NCBI GenBank assembly: GCA_964490075.1
Contig: CAZBBK010000041.1
Location: 1 to 48,628 of the forward strand
DNA from: an uncultured Gemmatimonadota bacterium
GTDB lineage: Bacteria > GCA-2686955
DNA: 48,628 bases
Direction: 5' to 3'
Every line of letters begins with the position of its first letter. The stretch's first letter is position 1. The position numbers were made by a program, and so were the translations under genes. Below the pieces are notes generated by a model that was not told where the DNA came from, made no database searches, and saw nothing but the letters and a program-made list of their open reading frames with translations. Positions 16,993 through 26,949 of this stretch are shown here, piece after piece.

Positions 16993-19488
16993 ATGAAGCA
17001 AGCACGGGCGACGAGATATGGCATCCATCGGGGAGGCGCGCTGCTGGCGCTTTTCCTGCATCTGTTGGCGGGGACGGCACTGGGGGGCGTCGTGCATGTG
17101 CCGGCGGATTCCCTCACCATTCAAGCCGCAGTCGCCGGAGCCGCCGATGGCGACACTGTTGTGGTCGCGCCGGGAACCTACACCGGAGAGGGCAATCGCG
17201 ACATCCGCTTCTTCGATCGTTCTGTGACGGTGCTGGGTGAAGGCGGTGCCGAAGCGACCAAGATCGACTGCGGAGGCGAAGATCGCGCCTTCTACATCGA
17301 CCAGTGTCCGCAGGTGAAGATCAGGATCGTCGGTCTCACGGTGGTGGGTGGTAACGCCGGCGACGGTGCTGCGATCTACTGCCGGAACAACGATCCGGAG
17401 ATCGCCGACTGTGTGTTCACCGAAAACGTCGCCAATGACGATGCCGGGGCGCTGTACTTCTACGACTCGGTGCCGCTGATCGATCGTTGCGTGTTCGCTG
17501 AGAACGAGGCCAGCGACGACGGTGGCGCTCTCTACCTCTCGAACTCCGATCCGGTGATGTTCGACTGCACGATCTCGGCCAACATCGCCGGCTCGGCCGG
17601 TGGCGGCATCTATGCCTACTACTCCGATCCCACGCTCAATTCCTGCAACATCGTCAACAACGAAGCGGGCGACTCCGGCGGAGGTATCGACCTCTATTCC
17701 AGCTCGGCGGCGGTGATCGATTCGTGTGAGTTCGCCGACAACTACGCCGGTGATCACGGTGGAGCTCTGTATTGCTCCTACTCCCACCCGCGCATCACCG
17801 ACACGGGATTTCGTCGCAACGAAGCCGAGGATGATGGTGGCGCGATTCTCTGTACGGAGTCGGACGCGAGCATCAGCGTCTGCCATTTCACCGAAAACGT
17901 CGCCGGCGAAGACGGCGGCGCGATCTCGTGTGATTGGTCTTATCCGTCCATCTCATCCTGCATCTTCTCCGACAACCTCGCTGCCTACGATGGCGGCGGG
18001 ATCTACTGCTACCGGGCCGGACCGGCGATCGACTCCTGCTCGTTCAAGCGCAACACCGCCAAGGACGACGGCGGCGCGCTCTATTGCTACGACGGTGATC
18101 CGGTGGTGGAGGGCAGCTGCTTCACCGACAACACCGCATGCGACGTTGCCGGCGCGGTGGCGATCGTAGAGGCGGATCCGCCGGTGTTCCACGACTGCAA
18201 GATACTGAGGAACTACGCCAAGGCGAGCGCCGGCGGCATCTACTGCTACGCCACCGATCCGATCTTCGACGACTGCCAGATCAGCGAGAACACCTCGGAC
18301 GAGAGCGGCGGTGGCATCGCCTGCTACGGCGGCGCCACCCCCGTGTTCACCAACTGCGAGGTGTCGCTGAACGTCGCCGCCTGGTGGGGTGGTGGAATTT
18401 ACAGCAGTTGGTCCGCGCCGAGCTTCACCGATTGTGACGTGACCGGCAACAGCTGCGTGAGCGGCGGCGGCGTGTTCATCAGCGGCTCGGCTCCGGTCAT
18501 CGAGCGCTGCACCATCGCCGCCAACCAGGCCAGCCAGGACGGCGGCGGCTTTTACCTGGACTCCGACGGTGCCGCCGAGATCCGCGACTGTAGAATCGCC
18601 GACAACCATGCGGTGCGATGGGGCGGCGGTTTTCGCTTCGAGTGGTCCAGAGGGCAGGTGGAGCGCTGCGGAATCACCGCGAACACATCGAGGCGCGGTG
18701 GCGGCGTCTATTGCCACAACGCGACGCCGACCATGCGGAACTGCATCATCAGCGCCAACGATGCGGAGCAGTGGGGCGGCGGCGTTGCGCTCTACGGAGC
18801 GGGTCCCACTCTGGAGCACTGCACGGTTGCCGACAACAGCACGATCTACTACGGCGGGGGCGTCTTCTCGCACGATTCCGATCCTATGGTCAGCAACTCC
18901 ATCATCTGGGGCAACGCACCGGATGGTTTCTACTCCGAGTACCGCGACCCGATCATCAGCTACAGCAATATCCAGGGAAGCTGGGCCGGTGAGGGCAATA
19001 TCGAGGTCGATCCACTCTTCATCGGTGGCGGCAACCATCGGCTGACGGCCGGATCGCCCTGCATCGATGTCGGCATCGACGTGGGTGTTGTCGATGACAT
19101 CGACATGCAGGAGCGGCCCTACGGCGCTGGCTTCGACATGGGGGCGGACGAGTACCAGCCGGGACTGGTGGCGTTCCTGGAGGACTATCCCAGCTCGATC
19201 GCGGTGGGTGAGATGCTCGAGTTCACCGCCGGTGTCGCGAATCATGGCGAAGACGACGAGCTCTTCGACCAGGCGGTGATCGAGGTGACCGGCCCGACGA
19301 GTCGGTTGGTTTATCTCTACAGCGGCGGCGATGTGTCGCTGGCGGCGGACGATTCACTGGAGGCGCCGGTGTCGCTCAGGGTCGGCGATTGCGTCGCACC
19401 CGGCAGCTACGTGCTGACCTTGATCGTCTCGCGCGACGATCTGCCGCTGGCTCGCAGCTCGTTCGATCTCGAAGTGACCGGTCCCTGA
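16993..19488 (+). CDS. Large secreted right-handed beta-helix repeat protein with C-terminal Ig-like domain
   Basis: Signal peptide; VHVPAD..TIQAAVAGAADGDTVVVAPGTYTG cap; about 20 tandem 25-27-aa GGxIY...P.I..C.F..N.A repeats; SPCIDVG..DMGADEY cap; beta-sandwich-like tail. Confidence 0.9.
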   Translation: MKQARATRYGIHRGGALLALFLHLLAGTALGGVVHVPADSLTIQAAVAGAADGDTVVVAPGTYTGEGNRDIRFFDRSVTVLGEGGAEATKIDCGGEDRAFYIDQCPQVKIRIVGLTVVGGNAGDGAAIYCRNNDPEIADCVFTENVANDDAGALYFYDSVPLIDRCVFAENEASDDGGALYLSNSDPVMFDCTISANIAGSAGGGIYAYYSDPTLNSCNIVNNEAGDSGGGIDLYSSSAAVIDSCEFADNYAGDHGGALYCSYSHPRITDTGFRRNEAEDDGGAILCTESDASISVCHFTENVAGEDGGAISCDWSYPSISSCIFSDNLAAYDGGGIYCYRAGPAIDSCSFKRNTAKDDGGALYCYDGDPVVEGSCFTDNTACDVAGAVAIVEADPPVFHDCKILRNYAKASAGGIYCYATDPIFDDCQISENTSDESGGGIACYGGATPVFTNCEVSLNVAAWWGGGIYSSWSAPSFTDCDVTGNSCVSGGGVFISGSAPVIERCTIAANQASQDGGGFYLDSDGAAEIRDCRIADNHAVRWGGGFRFEWSRGQVERCGITANTSRRGGGVYCHNATPTMRNCIISANDAEQWGGGVALYGAGPTLEHCTVADNSTIYYGGGVFSHDSDPMVSNSIIWGNAPDGFYSEYRDPIISYSNIQGSWAGEGNIEVDPLFIGGGNHRLTAGSPCIDVGIDVGVVDDIDMQERPYGAGFDMGADEYQPGLVAFLEDYPSSIAVGEMLEFTAGVANHGEDDELFDQAVIEVTGPTSRLVYLYSGGDVSLAADDSLEAPVSLRVGDCVAPGSYVLTLIVSRDDLPLARSSFDLEVTGP

Positions 19489-19494
19489 TGCCGG

Positions 19495-20460
19495 GGCCGC
19501 CGGCGCCGCTCTCCACCGTTGCGGCGGGGCGCGGCGCCGCGGCCAGCTCCTTGCAGTCGCCATACTCGCGCTTCACGACCGCGGCGGCGGTGTCGGGCCG
19601 GTAGCCGCCGATTCCTCGCTCGTCGGCCAGATAGCGAAAGCTCGACTGGATCCTGGAATAGATGGCGTCGGCGGCGGCGCTCGGGGCGGCGCCGGAATCG
19701 GTTGCCGCCAGCGCCTCGCGCGCCACGACCGAGCCTCCCATGGCACCGACCCGCGCCAGGTCGTCGAACCACTGGCCCAGGTCGCACCAGTGCGTCAGCT
19801 CGAGCGGCACACCGCCGCCGAGTCCTCGCAGCGGCAGAACGCGCAGCGGCATCGCCTCTTCGTCGCTAGCGCCGAAATGCGGGCGCGACCAGCGAAGGGT
19901 CGTATCGGCCACGGCGCTTCCGCGCCAAGGCCCGTGCAGATCGCCCTCGCCTTCGACCAGCCAGCTGATGCGGGCGCGGGGCTCCAGGTGCGCGATCACG
20001 GTCAACGACCTGGTCGGCAGCGAGCGATTCAGGGAAAAGCTGCTGCAGGTGAGAGCCGACTCGTGCTCCTCGACGCGCCGGCACTCCACCAACCCCCGAC
20101 CCGCGGCGCTCGCAGCTGTCGCACCCGAGTGTCGCTTGCGAACACGAATTCGGGAGCGACCGCCGCCACCATCGCCTCGAGCGGCTCGACGACGCGTCGC
20201 TCGCCCTCGGGGCCGAGACGAAGTTGAAAGCTCTCCACCTACATCAGGTCGGTCTCGATGCCGGCAAAGCTCAGCGCGTTGCCCCGGTCCGCGACTACCA
20301 CCAAAGTTTGCTCGAGTCGGATGCTGCAGACGGCACGGAAGAGCAGGTCGATCTGTTCGCGTTGGATGCTTTGCGCTCCGGTGTCGCACCAGGCTTGCCC
20401 CAAGGTCGGCCCGGCGGCGCAACATCCCAGCAGCACGGTGCACGCCAGTCGCGCGACCAT
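19495..20460 (-). pseudogene. Frameshifted and truncated DUF3857/transglutaminase-domain gene
   Basis: Signal peptide MVARLACTVLLGCCAAG at 20460; coding sense continues through several frames and ends IQSSFRYLADERGIGGYRP....VVKREYGDCKELA (catalytic Cys motif) just before the neighbouring gene's stop. Confidence 0.7.
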
Positions 20461-20465
20461 GTCCC

Positions 20466-22296
20466 TCATCCGTCGAGTCCATCTGTTGCCAGCCGCTCCA
20501 GCACTACTTCCATGCGCGCTGCCGCCTCTGCCTCCTGGTCGAGCTTCAGCAGCTTGTCGAAATCCGCTGCCGAGATGCGCTTCTCGCGGAGCTCGAACGA
20601 TCGGGACGCCAGGATGGTGGCTGCGTCGCGGCGCGTCGCCCGGGTCTGGAAGCTGCCGACACGGTGCCGAGCCTGCGTCGTTTCGGGCAGCTCTCCGGCG
20701 ACCCATCCCTCCGGCAGCTTCAGGGCGAGATGCTCCGACAGCCTGTTCGGATAGTCGAAGAGGACCGGTCACCGCCGAGAGTCGTCATGCTCCAGTCCGA
20801 TCGCCGGCGTCGAAAAGAAGGGCAGCTCGAGCACTGCCGGGTCGCCTTGCAAGGCGGGGCCGCCTTCGATCTCGATTTTGGCGGAGACGATGATGGCACC
20901 CACCTTGTCGTCGCGCACAACGTTTCCATCGGTGATTCGCAACCGATCCTGGTCAGAATCCGCCATGGCGGCGATGTAGTCAGAGATCGCTTCCTGATCG
21001 TCCACCAGCCGCTCGAGCATGATCGCCGGGTGTCCCAGGTGGACCATCTCCAGCGTGCCGCTCAGTCCTCCGTCGCTCGAAAGCGCCAGATCGGTGCGGA
21101 AGTCGACCACGTGGGCACCGGCTCTGGTCGATGCGGTGCGATCGAGCGAGCGGGCTTCCCCGTCCGCCACGAAGGCCGCCGCATCTTCGAGATGCGGGGG
21201 CAGGCGATCGGCCGGCCAGTCCCTGACCATGTGGTAGTAACGGGGTTTCGGCTCGTCGGTCACCAGCACCAGGTCGGTGAACTGCTGTGGCAAGGGCGCG
21301 TTGATCGGCTCCACCAGATCGTGGGCGCAAACCCAGACCGGGCGGGAGTCGATCCCGGGGGCGTCCAGAGCCGCCATCAGCACATGGGTCAGCTCCGGCT
21401 GGTCGCCCACTCCGCTGGCGACGATCTCATCGATCCTGCGGTCGACGATGACGCCACGAAAGCCGTTGCTGGACATGGAGCCGAAGATGTTGTCGCGGAT
21501 GTTGGCGACACGTTTTTCGACCGGCAGGACTGGCCGATCACCTTCCAGGAAGTTCGCGATCGACTCGTCGGAGCGGCGGGCGTCGGCGACTTCTTGGTCC
21601 GCCAGCTCGTGCAGGCTGGTCCAGCCCTGCCCAATCGGAATCGTCAGCAGGTCGGACTGGTACTTCGTCAAGGTCATGTACATGCGGGTACACAACACAT
21701 CCGGATCCGGCGCCTGCTATTCGATGGGGTCGCGGCGACCTTGCGCGCGGTCCAGGTGTAGCGCGTGGCGTCGTCGAGCGGCAGCGCTTGATCCGCTTCC
21801 TCGATCAGCATCCCCCTCGATTTCGGAATGCGCACCGTGTAGATCAGGCCGGTCGGGAATGTGACTTCGATGGTCGACTCCCGGACCGGGATGGTGGTTT
21901 CGAAGGCCCAGGTGGGAATGAACACCACGTTGTCGCGGCGCAGGCGGTAGCGCAGCTCGAGCACACAGCCAGGCTCCAGGGCCGGAAAGGCGATGAGCTT
22001 CGCGCGGTAGGCGCGCTCGCCGATCAACACATCGGTCCGGTCGAGGATGTCGGAGGCCGGAACGCTGGTCCCGCCGGGCAGCCGGGTCAGCGCGCGCTCG
22101 AGAACCAGCTTGTCGCCCGGCCCGTAGGGAATTTCGATGTTGCCGTGCCGGTAGCCGGCCGGCGAGTAGATCTTGATCAGCCGGGAGACCTGCGGGGTCG
22201 CGCTCGGATCGCGACCGCCGAGCTCGATGCGCAGCCGGACACCACGAGGGCCAGAACGAGCAGGCAAAGGGTCGGGATTCGGCCGTCCATCTGCAT
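20466..22296 (-). pseudogene. Disrupted DUF3857/transglutaminase-like/DUF3858 lipoprotein gene
   Basis: Lipobox MQMDGRIPTLCLLVLALVVSGC from 22296; shift into RLIKIYSPAGYRHGNIEIPY...FPALEPGCVLELRY..WAFETTIPVRES; second shift near 21700; in-frame TGA at 20769-20771 followed by PVLFDYPN...LKLPEGW, running to the stop at 20466. Confidence 0.75.
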
Positions 22297-22320
22297 GGCA
22301 ACCTCTGTTTTGCGTGATGG

Positions 22321-23538
22321 TCAACCCAGACGCGGACTGTAGAGAAGATACTCCAGACGCTCGATTCGCCAGGCCTCTTCCCAAGGCTCCCAGCGGGCGC
22401 TCAGGTCACGCGCCGATTCCCCCGCGTCGATCGCCAGGCGCAGCTCGGGTCCCCCGGCCAGCAGATCGATCGGCGGCGGTGTTTGCGGGTCGGATTCGGA
22501 GCTCGGAGGAAGCCAGAGGGACTCGGTCGCTTGCGCCCGGGCTGCCGCGAGCAGGGCGAGGGCGCTGCGCACGGGAAAGAGACGATCCTTGTCGATCGGG
22601 TGGATCTGGGCTCCGGCGCAGAGCCGGCCGGCGTGCGGGCCGTGGGTCGGGATAAAGCGGCAGGGGCGGAAACGAAGCCCCGGCAGATCGGCGGCGCCGA
22701 GCTCGGCCAGCAGGGGCCGGGGGGCCAGCCAGGGTGCGCCGACGAGCTCGAAGGGCCGGGTAGTGCCCCGGCCAAGAGAGAGGGTCGTGGCGTCGAGGAG
22801 CGCCAGGCCCGGGTAGAGGGCGAGGGCGTCGATGGTCGGCAGCAGCGGACAGGGCTGGATCCAGGGCAGACCGCTGCGATCGAACCAGGGGCGGGCGTTC
22901 CAGCCGCGCATCTTCACCACCCGCACGCGGGTGCCGATGCGTTCGGCGATCCAGCGCAGCGCCTCGCCGAGGGTGAAGCCGTGGCGCAAGGGCAGGGAGT
23001 GCAGGCCGCGATCGCTCTCGAAGCCCTCGTCGATGCCGGGGCCCTCCACGAAGCGCCCGCCGATCGGGTTGGGGCGATCCAGCACGAAGACCTCGACCGA
23101 GGCGGCGCGGCAGGCTTGCAGGCAGAGCGCCGCGGTCCATAGATAGGTATGGCAGCGGGCGCCCACTTCGGGCAGGTCGATGACCAGCGCATCGAGATCG
23201 GCCAGGCGATCGGGAGGCGGCTTGCGCTGCGCGCCGAAGAGGCTCACCACTTCGAGCCCGGTCGCCGGATCGCGGCCGTCCCGCCACTGCGTATCGGGGT
23301 CCTCATGCTCGCCCCAGAACCCGTGCTGCGGCCCGAAGAGCCGCACCAGCTCGACCTCGGGTGCCGCCCCGCGGAAGCGATCGACGGCGTGCACCAGCTG
23401 CGAGTCGACCGACGCGCCGCTCGCCAGCAGCCCGACTCGGCGGCCCTTGAGCTGGCGGAAGCGATCGGCGACCAGCACGTCGAGACCGGATTGGATCGGA
23501 CGCCGGCTCCCGGGGCGACGTCTGGGGGATGAGGGCAT
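22321..23538 (-). CDS. namZ: Exo-beta-N-acetylmuramidase NamZ (DUF1343) family protein
   Basis: SGLDVL, LFGPQHGFWG, IDLPEVGARCHTYLWT, LDRPNPIGG, PLRHGFTLGE, GRGTTRPFELVGAPW. Confidence 0.85.
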   Translation of the reverse strand: MPSSPRRRPGSRRPIQSGLDVLVADRFRQLKGRRVGLLASGASVDSQLVHAVDRFRGAAPEVELVRLFGPQHGFWGEHEDPDTQWRDGRDPATGLEVVSLFGAQRKPPPDRLADLDALVIDLPEVGARCHTYLWTAALCLQACRAASVEVFVLDRPNPIGGRFVEGPGIDEGFESDRGLHSLPLRHGFTLGEALRWIAERIGTRVRVVKMRGWNARPWFDRSGLPWIQPCPLLPTIDALALYPGLALLDATTLSLGRGTTRPFELVGAPWLAPRPLLAELGAADLPGLRFRPCRFIPTHGPHAGRLCAGAQIHPIDKDRLFPVRSALALLAAARAQATESLWLPPSSESDPQTPPPIDLLAGGPELRLAIDAGESARDLSARWEPWEEAWRIERLEYLLYSPRLG

Positions 23539-23626
23539 GATGCGGCTCTCTCGTTCGTGGGAGGTGTCTGCGCGGGTGGCGCGGATTCTAGCGACTTCGG
23601 CACCGACCTCTTGCTCAAGCCGCCAA

Positions 23627-23659
23627 TCAAACGTATGATCGAATCAAACGAACGTTTGA
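23627..23659. promoter_or_regulatory. Tandem palindromic operator, probably bound by the adjacent TetR (PsrA-like) repressor
   Basis: Perfect palindrome TCAAACG-AA-CGTTTGA (23644-23659), preceded by an imperfect copy TCAAACG-TA-TGATCGA (23627-23642), directly before the TetR RBS and start. Confidence 0.75.
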
Positions 23660-23666
23660 GGTGTCC

Positions 23667-24347
23667 ATGTCGCAAGCGATGCTCCCGGCAGAGGAGCGCC
23701 CCGACACCCGCGAACGGCTGCTCGATGCCGCGGAGGCACTGTTCGCCGAGCTCGGCGTCGGCGCGACCTCACTGCGGGCCGTCACCAAGAGCGCCGAGGC
23801 CAACCTGGCCGCGGTCCACTACCACTTCGGCAGCAAGGAGGAGCTCCTGGCCGCCGTGGTGGAGCGCCGCGTCCGGCCGATCAACGAGGAGCGGCTGCGG
23901 CGGCTGGCGCAGCTGCGATCCGGCCCCGTGGGGGCGCGCGCGCCGCGAGTCGAGGAGATCTTGGCGGCGCTGCTGGGACCGATGGTGGACGACCGCGGCG
24001 TCGATCCGGAACGGATGCGCACCTTCGCCCGGCTCATGGGGCGGGTGCTGACCGACACCGGCGGCTGCATGCACGCGCTGGTCATGCAGCATTTCGAGGA
24101 AGTCCTGCAACGCTTCACCGCCGCCTTCGCTGCCGCCCTGCCGCAGCTCTCGGCGGCGGAGATCGCCTGGCGGCTGCATTTCAGCATCGGCGCGATGGCG
24201 TTCACCCTGGTCCACTCGTCTCATCTGGGCGAGATGTCCCATGGACTGTGCGACGCGGATCGCGGTGGCGGGATCCTGGAGCGGTTGATCCCCTTCCTGG
24301 CCGGCGGGTTTCGGGTGGGGGCGTCGAACGCGGGGGAGGCGTCGTGA
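23667..24347 (+). CDS. TetR/AcrR-family regulator (PsrA-like C-terminal domain)
   Basis: TRERLLDAAEALFAELGVGATSLRAVTKSAEANLAAVHYHFGSKEELL; WRLHFSIGAMAFTL. Confidence 0.92.
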   Translation: MSQAMLPAEERPDTRERLLDAAEALFAELGVGATSLRAVTKSAEANLAAVHYHFGSKEELLAAVVERRVRPINEERLRRLAQLRSGPVGARAPRVEEILAALLGPMVDDRGVDPERMRTFARLMGRVLTDTGGCMHALVMQHFEEVLQRFTAAFAAALPQLSAAEIAWRLHFSIGAMAFTLVHSSHLGEMSHGLCDADRGGGILERLIPFLAGGFRVGASNAGEAS

Positions 24348-25789
24348 TCGAACGCTTCTGGCTCTGTGCGTGGGTCGTTGCTGCGGGCTGCGCCGGACCG
24401 CCTCCGGTCCACGATTGGAGCGCCGGGATCGAGCTGCCGCCGGCCTGGGAGGCGGCGGGGGCGGAAGGCGCGAGCGCGCCGACGGGCGCCGATTCGACCG
24501 GGGCGTGGTGGGCGGCGCTGGGGGGGGAGCGGATCGACGCCTTGGTCGGCGAGGCGCTGCGCAACGCACCGAGCCTGGAGGCGGCGGCGGCTCGGATCGA
24601 CGCCGCGCGGGCCCTTGTCCGGTCGGCGGGCGCCGCTGCCTGGCCGCAGCTGAATGCCGCCGGAAGCGCCGCGCGCTCGAAGCGGAGCTTCATCGGCTTT
24701 CCCAGCTTTGGCCCCGCGCCCGTCGCCAGCGACGAGCCGCTCAGCGTCGAGTCGACCAGCTACAGCACCGCTCTCGACTTGAGCTGGGAGGTCGATCTGT
24801 GGGGGCGGATTCGCAGCGGACGCAGCGCGGCGCTGGCCGATGCCGAGGCCGCGGAGGCGCTGCTGAGCGCGGCGCGCAACAGCCTGGTGGCGCAGGTCTG
24901 CAAGGCCTTCTTCGCGGTCGCGGAGGCGGAGCAGCAGCTGGAGCTGGCCCGAGCCACGGCCGCCAATCGGGCCGAGATGCTCGAGCGGATCGAGTCCCGC
25001 TACCGGCGTGGCCTGCGAGGTGCGCTCGAGGTACACCGGGCACGCACCGAGGGGGCGTCGGCGAAGGCGCGAAGGGTTGCGGCGGTGTCGCGGCTGCAGA
25101 CCGCGCGGCGCCAGCTGGAGGTGCTGCTCGGGCGCTACCCCTCGGGGTCGATCCGGGCCGGCGACCTGCCCGCCCCCCCCCGCTGTCCCCCCGCCGGCTT
25201 GCCGGCCGATTTGCTCGCGCGCCGCCCCGACCTGGTGGCCGCGGAGCGAACCCTGGCGGCCTCCGATCGGCGCCTGGCAGAGGCCCGGCGTGGCCTCTAC
25301 CCTCGCATCTCGCTGACCGGCAGCGCCGGCACCAGCTCCGACCAGCTCGCCGATCTGGCCGACTCCGGCTTCGGGATCTGGAGCGTCGGCGCGACCCTCG
25401 TGCAGCCGCTCTTCCAGGGCGGGCGGATCGCCGCCGGCATCGATCTCGCTGACGCCGTCCTCCGGGAGTCCCTGGCCCACTTCGGCGATGCGCTGCTGCG
25501 AGCCTGCGCGGAGGTCGAGGGGGCGCTGGACGCCGAGGCGCGGCTCGCGGAGCAGGTGGCCGCCTTGACGGAGGCCGCGCAGGCCGCCGCGGCCGCTCAC
25601 GTGCTGGCGGAATCGCGCTACACCGGAGGTCTGACGGACGCTCTGGTGCTGCTCGACGCGCAGCGCGCCAGCTACGACGCCCACAGCCGCTTGATCGAGG
25701 TCCGCCGCGCGCGCCTCGACCAGCGCGTCAATCTGCACCTGGCGCTGGGTGGGGCCTTCGACCAGGACGAAACGAGGAAGCGATCATGA
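24344..25789 (+). CDS. RND outer-membrane factor lipoprotein (NodT/OprM/TolC family)
   Basis: Lipobox VAAGC; WW; SWEVDLWGRIR; PAGLPADLLARRPDL; YPRISLTG; LHLALGG. GTGA overlap with the TetR stop. Confidence 0.92.
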   Translation: MIERFWLCAWVVAAGCAGPPPVHDWSAGIELPPAWEAAGAEGASAPTGADSTGAWWAALGGERIDALVGEALRNAPSLEAAAARIDAARALVRSAGAAAWPQLNAAGSAARSKRSFIGFPSFGPAPVASDEPLSVESTSYSTALDLSWEVDLWGRIRSGRSAALADAEAAEALLSAARNSLVAQVCKAFFAVAEAEQQLELARATAANRAEMLERIESRYRRGLRGALEVHRARTEGASAKARRVAAVSRLQTARRQLEVLLGRYPSGSIRAGDLPAPPRCPPAGLPADLLARRPDLVAAERTLAASDRRLAEARRGLYPRISLTGSAGTSSDQLADLADSGFGIWSVGATLVQPLFQGGRIAAGIDLADAVLRESLAHFGDALLRACAEVEGALDAEARLAEQVAALTEAAQAAAAAHVLAESRYTGGLTDALVLLDAQRASYDAHSRLIEVRRARLDQRVNLHLALGGAFDQDETRKRS

Positions 25790-26949
25790 CCCGCCTGCAA
25801 CATGCCCTGATCACCGTGGTCCCGATCGTGGCGGGCGCGGCGGCCTTCGCGGCGCTGATCGCGACCCGGCCGGCCGCGACCACCCGGCCGGCGGAAGCGC
25901 AACGGCCGCGGGTGCGGGTCATCGAGGTGCGGCACTCGGCGGCGCGGCTCGACATCGTCAGCCAGGGAACCGTGGTTCCCAAGGCGGAGACCACCATCGT
26001 TCCCCAGGTCGCCGGCAAGGTGAGCCGCCTGGCGCCGGCGCTGGCGGAAGGAGCCTTCTTCGGCGCCGGCGAGCTGCTGCTGGAGATCGACCCGAGCGAC
26101 CATCGGCTGGCGGTGGTGCAGGCCGAGGCCAACGTGGCCCGGGCCGAGGCGCGGGTGGCGCTGGAAGAGGGCGAGGCCGCGGTGGCTCGCAGCGAATGGA
26201 CCCGGCTCGGCTCGGGCCAGGCGCCCGAGCCCCTGGTGCTGCGGGAGCCGCAGCTGCGCGACGCCCGGGCGGCGTTGGCCGGAGCGCGCGCGAGCCTGGA
26301 GCAAGCCAGTCTGGCGCTGCGCCGGACGCGGGTGGTGGCTCCCTACGCGGGGCGGGTGCAGGAGAAGCTGGTCGACGTGGGGCAGCTGGTCGGGCCCGGC
26401 ACGCCGGTGGCCCGAATCTACGCCATCGATGCGGCCGAGGTGAGCCTGCCGATCCCGGTTTCGGAGCTCGCCTATCTCGACCTTCCCGCGGGAGCGCTGG
26501 AGGAGGGAGCGGGACCCGAAGTGCGCTTCCACGCCGACTATGCCGGGCGAAGGCGCGCCTGGACCGGCCGCGTCGTGCGCCGCTCCGGCCGCATCGATCC
26601 GCGCACCCAGATGGTCCACCTGATCGCCCGCATCGACAGCCCTTACGACCCTGACGCCCACGAGATCCCGCTCGAGACCGGACTCTTCGTGCACGCCGAG
26701 ATCGCCGGACGGGAGGAGCAGGCGGTCGTGGAGCTGCCGCGGGAAGCCCTGCGCGGCGAGGCCCGCGTGCACGTCGTGGAGGATGGACGCCTGCGCTTCC
26801 GCGCGGTCGAGCTGCTGCGGCTGGAGCCCGAGCGGGTGCTGGTCCGCGGCGGGCTCGACGAGGGTGAGCTGGTTTGTCTCTCGCAGCTGCGGGCGGCGGT
26901 GGACGGCATGCAGGTCGACGTCGACGACCGATTCGGAGACGCGTCATGA
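25786..26949 (+). CDS. RND efflux periplasmic adaptor (membrane fusion protein)
   Basis: N-terminal TM, PQVAGKV..GELLLEID, RTRVVAPYAGRV..VDVGQLV, GLDEGELV. ATGA overlaps at both ends. Confidence 0.92.
   Translation: MTRLQHALITVVPIVAGAAAFAALIATRPAATTRPAEAQRPRVRVIEVRHSAARLDIVSQGTVVPKAETTIVPQVAGKVSRLAPALAEGAFFGAGELLLEIDPSDHRLAVVQAEANVARAEARVALEEGEAAVARSEWTRLGSGQAPEPLVLREPQLRDARAALAGARASLEQASLALRRTRVVAPYAGRVQEKLVDVGQLVGPGTPVARIYAIDAAEVSLPIPVSELAYLDLPAGALEEGAGPEVRFHADYAGRRRAWTGRVVRRSGRIDPRTQMVHLIARIDSPYDPDAHEIPLETGLFVHAEIAGREEQAVVELPREALRGEARVHVVEDGRLRFRAVELLRLEPERVLVRGGLDEGELVCLSQLRAAVDGMQVDVDDRFGDAS

Noticed and set aside
16993-19488. Chlamydia Pmp-like autotransporter
   Set aside because: GGAI/FxxN-like repeats are present, but the C-terminus is a short Ig-like domain, not a beta-barrel.
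20769-20771. In-frame TGA as selenocysteine or readthrough
   Set aside because: The gene also carries frameshifts and the position is not a catalytic Cys site; a plain nonsense mutation is simpler.
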